Origin: a virus
IMG/VR virus record: IMGVR_UViG_3300044811_000050
DNA length: 64,000 nt
Reading direction: 5' to 3' (one strand)
Shown here: piece by piece, positions 58,928 through 64,000 of the stretch
How positions within the stretch are numbered: the stretch's first letter is position 1
Layout of the letters: every line of letters begins with the position of its first letter
The notes under the pieces: model-generated
Seen by the model: the letters and a program-made list of their open reading frames with translations, nothing else
What the model was told of the DNA's origin: nothing
The model's database searches: none
Made by a program: the position numbers and the translations under genes

Positions 58928-60933
58928 GGGTCGCTAGCAATGACCTGCCCGGTGGCGCGGAGTTCCACTTCACCCCGAGCCCGGCCCGACACATCCACCA
59001 CGAGCTGGAGCTGCATGCCCGGGGCCAGCAGCTGGGCAAGCTCTCCTGGGGCCAGGACGGCGATATCAGCGGCGTGGAGGTGCACCACCAGCACCGGCGC
59101 CAGGGGATCGCCACCGCGCTCTACACCCGGGCGCACGAGCTGTCCCGCGAGCACCGCATCGAGCCGCCCGGCGCCTCGGTCTTCCAGACCGGCGCCGGCC
59201 ACGCCTTCCGGACCAGCTTCGACGTGGGCGAGCGGCCCGACGTCAGCCACATCCCCACCCACCTGCACCGAGGCGCCGGGGAGCACGACACCGACCTGCA
59301 CGAGCACCTGATCAAACACCACTACCCCGCCTCGGCGGACATGGTGCACAGCTGGGACCAAGAGACCGCCGAGAAGGCCCACGACCAGATCAGCCGGTTC
59401 AGCCCGTGCGGCTGGGGCAAGACCGGAGCGATGGAGGGCGACGCGATGGCAAGTGACGCCGACCAGCTCAAGTTCCACCACGAGGAGTGGCAGTCCGGCG
59501 GCTCGCTCTACCCGAACGAGGAGAGGATCACCGCGCACCACCCGGAGCGCGGCGCGGTGGGCTCCGTGCACTTCCTGCGGGGCAAGCGGATCAACTCACC
59601 GATCCTGATCAAGAAGCTGGATATCGGCAAAGATCACCGGCGGCGCGGTTACGGCTCGGCCCTGATGGACCAGCTCCAGGCCCAGTACCCGAAGGCCAAG
59701 ATCAACCACGGGGACCGCACCGACGACGGCAAGGCCTGGTGGAAGAGCTACGGCCAGGGCGCGGACCGGCGAGGTCGGACCAGCAGCCGCCCTTTTGACC
59801 ATGCGGCACGACTCGGCGACGGCCGGATCTGCCAGGGCTGTGCCGGGATCGGTGAGCTGCACGACGGTCACGAGTGTGGAGCTTGCGACGGGTCCGGCCG
59901 CGACCCCGAGTGCATCTGCGGCCGAGAGGTGGCCAAGCAACCCGGCGAGGACTGGTGGTCGCACCTGGACGGCTCGATCAGCCACGACTACGAGGACAAG
60001 GTGCCGCAGGACGAGCACGGCCCCCTCGGGGTGGCCGACTGCATGCGGATGCTGGGCAAGACCGAGCTGCCTACCAAGAGGCTGTTCGGCCCGACCTACG
60101 GACTCGACCACCGGCTGTTTGACGGGGACTGCCTGCGCGACGACGTCACCGAGTACGTGCTGGGCACCCTGGGTCGGTTCTGGGAGCCGCTGTACGGGCC
60201 GAACTGGCGCAAGTGGGCCCGGGTGTACCTGGCCGGCTCGGAGGCCTCTGAGTGGACCTCAGAGACGCTGGAGGGCAACAACGACTTCGATGTGCTGATC
60301 GGCATCGAGTACGACGACATGCGCGACGACATGAAATCCCGGCCGGGGCTGGACACGCTGTTCGGGATGATGAGCGACGAGCAGGTCACCAACGCGCTGA
60401 ACCAGCAGTTCCGGGCCGGGCTGATCCCGCACACCGACCCGGTGATGATCTCCATCGACGGCCAGGAGACCGGCCCCTGGAGCAACACCTGGTATGTGAA
60501 CCAGGACAGCTGGGACATCACCAAGATCAAGCCCTACGCGGCCTACGACGTCACCAACCACCGGTGGGCGGTGCGCCCGCCGCACCTGCCGAGTTGGGAT
60601 ATCAGCCAGTTCCCCGAGGGCCACGCGCTGGTGCAGGAATGCAAGGCGGTGGAGGCCTACGTGCGCGCCGTGCTGCGCCTGCCCGAGCCTTACCGGGCCC
60701 AGCAGGCCGACTCGCTCTGGAAGCACCTGCACGGTGACCGCAGCCGGGCGTTCGGCCCGCAGGGCGAGGGCTGGTACGACCCGGGCAACGTGCTGGAGAA
60801 GTTCCTGGACCAGAAGGGCATCTGGGAGCCCCTCGCCCAGGCCCACTTCGACGCGGTGGCCGACCCCAGCCGGCTGCTCGCTCCGAGTGACTGGTCGAAC
60901 GACCCCGTCTCGGTTACGGCGCCGCCTCGTTGA
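58924..60933 (+). CDS. multidomain protein: two GNAT domains, CxxCxGxG zinc finger, Pol-beta-type nucleotidyltransferase
   Basis: HRRQGIATAL and HRRRGYGSAL (acetyl-CoA motif A); CQGCAGIG/CGACDGSG; LAGSEAS..DFDVLIG. Confidence 0.75.
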   Translation: MRVASNDLPGGAEFHFTPSPARHIHHELELHARGQQLGKLSWGQDGDISGVEVHHQHRRQGIATALYTRAHELSREHRIEPPGASVFQTGAGHAFRTSFDVGERPDVSHIPTHLHRGAGEHDTDLHEHLIKHHYPASADMVHSWDQETAEKAHDQISRFSPCGWGKTGAMEGDAMASDADQLKFHHEEWQSGGSLYPNEERITAHHPERGAVGSVHFLRGKRINSPILIKKLDIGKDHRRRGYGSALMDQLQAQYPKAKINHGDRTDDGKAWWKSYGQGADRRGRTSSRPFDHAARLGDGRICQGCAGIGELHDGHECGACDGSGRDPECICGREVAKQPGEDWWSHLDGSISHDYEDKVPQDEHGPLGVADCMRMLGKTELPTKRLFGPTYGLDHRLFDGDCLRDDVTEYVLGTLGRFWEPLYGPNWRKWARVYLAGSEASEWTSETLEGNNDFDVLIGIEYDDMRDDMKSRPGLDTLFGMMSDEQVTNALNQQFRAGLIPHTDPVMISIDGQETGPWSNTWYVNQDSWDITKIKPYAAYDVTNHRWAVRPPHLPSWDISQFPEGHALVQECKAVEAYVRAVLRLPEPYRAQQADSLWKHLHGDRSRAFGPQGEGWYDPGNVLEKFLDQKGIWEPLAQAHFDAVADPSRLLAPSDWSNDPVSVTAPPR

Positions 60934-60973
60934 GCGGAGTGTGACCGGCTCCCCGACCTGGAAATGGTTCCCC

Positions 60974-61135
60974 ATGAAGATCAAAGTTCAGATCCTCGGT
61001 TTCACCATCGTCTCGCTGAGTATCGAGCGCGGCGAGGACGGCACCTTGGAGAACCTCGGCGAGATCGCCGACAACATGGCCGAGTTCGCCCGCTCCCCGA
61101 TCGGCGGCTGGTGGCACCGCCGCCACCGCGACTGA
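60974..61135 (+). CDS. small hypothetical protein
   Basis: MKIKVQILGFTIVSLSIERG.. fills the gap between two genes. Confidence 0.5.
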   Translation: MKIKVQILGFTIVSLSIERGEDGTLENLGEIADNMAEFARSPIGGWWHRRHRD

Positions 61136-61145
61136 CCCCGAGGAC

Positions 61146-61640
61146 ATGACCATGACCGCTCCCCCACCCGGCACCATCGGCCTGACCTCCACCCCCGACC
61201 TGAGCGGTGCGATCATCCGGCTCGGCACCCGGTCCCCGATCAACCACGTGTTCATCGTGCTGGCCGGTGGGCAACTGTTCGAGGCCCGCCCGTCCGGCGC
61301 CGGACTCAACAATCTGTCCCGCTACCCGCACGCCAGCTTCCGCACCGACATCATCCCCACCGACGAACAACGCGGCGCCATCATCGCCAGCGTGACCGGG
61401 CTGATGGGCACGCCGTACAACTGGTTGGACATCGCCGCGCTGAGCTGGTGGTGCCTGACCGGCAACCGGGTGCCGGTGAAGGTGCAGCGGCGGATCGAGG
61501 ACACCAAGACGTTGATCTGCTCGCAGCTGGTGGATCTGGTCTACGAGCGCGCGGGTATCCACCTGTTCGATGACGGCCGGCTGCCCGGCGCGGTCACCCC
61601 GGGCGACCTGATTGACTGCGTGCCGGTGCTCGCGGCCTGA
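61146..61640 (+). CDS. permuted papain-like NlpC/P60 (YiiX/YebB-type) enzyme
   Basis: His (NHVFI) precedes Cys (LICSQLV); GTPYNW and VTPGDL motifs. Confidence 0.85.
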   Translation: MTMTAPPPGTIGLTSTPDLSGAIIRLGTRSPINHVFIVLAGGQLFEARPSGAGLNNLSRYPHASFRTDIIPTDEQRGAIIASVTGLMGTPYNWLDIAALSWWCLTGNRVPVKVQRRIEDTKTLICSQLVDLVYERAGIHLFDDGRLPGAVTPGDLIDCVPVLAA

Positions 61641-61653
61641 GGGACCCCGGACA

Positions 61654-61689
61654 CACAAACAGCCCCGCGATCCCCCGGGGCTGCTTGTG
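61654..61689. terminator. stem-loop
   Basis: CACAA.CAGCCCC-N10-GGGGCTG.TTGTG. Confidence 0.5.
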
Positions 61690-61813
61690 CTGAGATTTTG
61701 ATGCAAGGAGCGATTTACAGGGTAGGGACCGACAATTGATCTATGTCGTCGGGGGTGTGTCGGGTACATTGAGCGCTAGTTCGTATCCGACCCATCCGAA
61801 CCGGAGGATGACC

Positions 61814-62209
61814 ATGAGCATGCCGTTGTTCCAGGGTGTCATGGGCGCAGAGCCCTATGAGCCACCCGACTATGACGAGATCGAACGCGAGCAGGATCGG
61901 GTCGACGCCAGGGAGCGGCGCCCGACGCGCCGGGTCTCCTACACCCCCGCCCCGGTGTCCGAGGACGAGCTGGCCCAGATCAAAGAGGACATGCGCCTCA
62001 CCCGGACCCAGATCACCCCGGACACCCTGCGCCACGCGCTGGAGGCCGAGGAGATCCGCAAGGCGCTGCGCCATTTCGGCATCCGCTCGCTCCGCAAGGT
62101 CTCCGCCACCCGAGACTTCCAAGGCGTGGTGAAGCTGACCTTCGACGAGTTCCGCGTGCTGGTGGAGCGGCTGCTGCAAGAAGCCTCGGTATCTGAGAAA
62201 GACGACTGA
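61814..62209 (+). CDS. hypothetical protein
   Basis: ATG follows CCGAACCGGAGG; GC3 bias. Confidence 0.6.
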   Translation: MSMPLFQGVMGAEPYEPPDYDEIEREQDRVDARERRPTRRVSYTPAPVSEDELAQIKEDMRLTRTQITPDTLRHALEAEEIRKALRHFGIRSLRKVSATRDFQGVVKLTFDEFRVLVERLLQEASVSEKDD

Positions 62210-62275
62210 AACCCTGGGTGGTCCTCAGGTGAGCGTTTAAGGTCAATGACTCATGCGCTCCCCGGAGGATCTTCC

Positions 62276-62533
62276 ATGTCGCAGAACTACCGCTGGGTCC
62301 TGACGCACGCCGAGGCCGACACCGGGCACTACGCCCGCGCTGACCAGCAGCCTGGCCATCGGTCGATGTGCGGCGAGGCCACCATCGGGCCGGACTGGAA
62401 CGGGCCGGTCGACGAGTACGACCGGCCCGCCGGGGTGCTCGCCTGCGGGCCCTGTGTGGTGGAGAAGATGGCCGACGCCGGGCAAATCAAACTGGTCCGC
62501 ACCACCGGCCGTCGGATGATTCCTGCCGGCTGA
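62276..62533 (+). CDS. small zinc-binding hypothetical protein
   Basis: GGAGG RBS before ATG 62276; H..CG..CGPC. Confidence 0.55.
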   Translation: MSQNYRWVLTHAEADTGHYARADQQPGHRSMCGEATIGPDWNGPVDEYDRPAGVLACGPCVVEKMADAGQIKLVRTTGRRMIPAG

Positions 62534-62629
62534 GCGTTACCCTCCGCGCTATCAGTCGTTGTGATCAAGGTAATGGTCTATTGATCACACGCGATAGCAA
62601 GGGAAGCTCCCCGCTCCCCCGGAGGGATC

Positions 62630-63103
62630 ATGACTCGTAACATCCGACTGGCCGCCGCCGGACTAGTGGTGGCCTTCGTAGTGGTCATCCTGGGTGTGGT
62701 CTCCCTGGTCCAGGCCCCCGCCGCCAGGGCAGACACCACCCTGATCAACGTCTGCAAGGCGACCAACCTGTCCGAGGTCAACCAGGCCATCGGGGACTCC
62801 ACGATCGACAACACCCTGGCCCTGGTGGATGTCCAGCTCAAGCCGATCACCGACCTGGTGGTCAAGGTCGGCGACACGGTGAAGGTCCGGGACGGGGTGA
62901 CCCTGACCGACGTGTTGGCCAAGCTGAAGTGCGAGACCACCGAGGTCACCACCACCGAGACCCCGACCCCGACCACGCACCACAAGCGTCATCACCACCA
63001 CTCGTCCAGCTCGCCCAGCAGCTCGTCGTCCAGCTCGTCGAGCAGCAGCTCCAGCGGCCCGGTGACCGCGCCTCCGGTGGGTGGGGCGGAGACCGGCGGA
63101 TGA
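62630..63103 (+). CDS. secreted protein, candidate sortase F substrate
   Basis: Signal peptide with ARA cleavage site; His/Ser tracts; C-terminal PVGGAETGG; coupled to the sortase. Confidence 0.7.
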   Translation: MTRNIRLAAAGLVVAFVVVILGVVSLVQAPAARADTTLINVCKATNLSEVNQAIGDSTIDNTLALVDVQLKPITDLVVKVGDTVKVRDGVTLTDVLAKLKCETTEVTTTETPTPTTHHKRHHHHSSSSPSSSSSSSSSSSSSGPVTAPPVGGAETGG

Positions 63104-63711
63104 GGGCGGCGCTCGCGGGCCTGGTTGCCCTGCTGAGCGTCGCTCTGGCCGGCTGTGGGGGTTTGCCGCCGGTGGCCGGCCCGAGCAGCTCCACGGTCAG
63201 CACAGCGCCGACGGTGGCCGTTCAGCCGCTGGTCCCACCGCAGCAGGTCGAGGTCCCTAAGATCAATGTCTCCCAGGGTCTAGTGGCCACCGGGCTCAAC
63301 CAGGACAAGACCGCCGAGGTGCCGCCGGTCACCCAGCCGTTGCAGGCCAGCTACCTGGACTGGGCGGACACCCAGGCGCCGATCCGGCCGATCGTGATCT
63401 TCGGACACATCAACGGGCGCAACGCCGCTGGTGACCATGTGCCAGGGATCTTCGCCCACCTGGGCCAACTGGCGGCCGGCGACGACGTCATCGTGCGCTT
63501 CGCCGACCAGTCGGTGCAGTACTACAAGGTGACCCGGGTCGAGCAGGTGCCCAAGTCAGGATTCCCGACCGACGAGGTGTATGGCCCGCCGCAGGGGCTG
63601 CCGGCCGATGTCCCGGCGCGCTCGCAGATCCGGCTGATCACCTGCACCGGGTTGTTCGACCCCGGGTCCCGCAGCTACAAGGACAACCTGATCGTTTATG
63701 CCCAGCAGTAA
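63100..63711 (+). CDS. class F sortase (lipoprotein-anchored)
   Basis: LAGC lipobox; VPP, IFGHING, GIFAHL..L.AGD, V.K..FP...VYG and RLITC.G.FD..Y.DN.IVYA motifs. Confidence 0.9.
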   Translation: MRAALAGLVALLSVALAGCGGLPPVAGPSSSTVSTAPTVAVQPLVPPQQVEVPKINVSQGLVATGLNQDKTAEVPPVTQPLQASYLDWADTQAPIRPIVIFGHINGRNAAGDHVPGIFAHLGQLAAGDDVIVRFADQSVQYYKVTRVEQVPKSGFPTDEVYGPPQGLPADVPARSQIRLITCTGLFDPGSRSYKDNLIVYAQQ

Positions 63712-63842
63712 AGATCGAGTCGCCGGGTTGTAGGGCCGCCGACGCACGCTCTTATGTGCTCTGTAGATGAGCTGCCCTCGGGCACCCCACGAGGTTCATT
63801 CGATCGGAGCAGAGACGACTGGCTGACGGAATGACTTGGTCC

Positions 63843-63864
63843 TGTCAACCTCAGGCGGTACGGT
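63843..63864 (+). promoter_or_regulatory. PafBC-like promoter TGTCAA-N10-TACGGT
   Basis: One mismatch to TGTCRG-N10-TAnnnT; upstream of the RBS repeat. Confidence 0.4.
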
Positions 63865-63906
63865 AGGTCGACCAAGCTCTTTCCGAACCGAACCGGAGGT
63901 TCTCTG

Positions 63907-64000
63907 ATGACCCGATCCATCGTTGCCGTCGACCCCGACGCGTTGACCACCTACGTGCGCCGCACCCAGATCGCTGTGCGGGTACATGCCCGCGACGGCT
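63907..64000 (+). CDS. 5' end of hypothetical gene (partial)
   Basis: ATG follows CCGAACCGGAGG; frame is open to the window end. Confidence 0.55.
   Translation, partial: MTRSIVAVDPDALTTYVRRTQIAVRVHARDG

Noticed and set aside
61744-61770. Possible fourth PafBC-like promoter
   Set aside because: TACATT -10 is present but the TGTC-like hexamer is at the wrong spacing (12-15 nt)
62985-63056. His/Ser trinucleotide-like repeats as a DNA repeat array
   Set aside because: Low-complexity coding linker with mixed codons

Overview
High-GC (actinobacterial) bacteriophage DNA in which essentially every credible gene lies on the + strand. Gene content and order resemble large contractile-tailed actinophages (Bxz1/cluster C mycobacteriophage or Rhodococcus E3 type; this is an inference). 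1-26.2 kb is a myovirus tail module: sheath, tube, -1 frameshifted assembly chaperones, tape measure, a baseplate hub with peptidoglycan hydrolase domains, gp25/J wedge, and two paralogous fibres with YadA-like repeats. 26.3-50.6 kb is a replication/recombination module: SNF2, DinG and DnaB helicases, 5' nuclease, DnaC-like loader, primase, SSB, DnaE, RecA, three resolvase-type nucleases and a Cas4-like exonuclease. 50.9-55.2 kb holds a sigma-like regulator and the terminase. 55.4-64 kb is an accessory, envelope-directed region: endolysin, HNH lipoprotein, His-rich GNAT/nucleotidyltransferase protein, permuted NlpC/P60, and a class F sortase with an adjacent candidate substrate. No integrase, tRNA, rRNA or CRISPR array was seen. 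Best leads: (1) the phage-encoded sortase F plus substrate pair; (2) an EndoVII homing endonuclease insertion that leaves a synonymously recoded duplicate of the upstream gene's C-terminus; (3) a ~760 bp gene-free region with extensive helices and an AT-rich tract; (4) two conserved promoter classes, one late-type and one PafBC-like. All product calls come from reading motifs, not from database searches.
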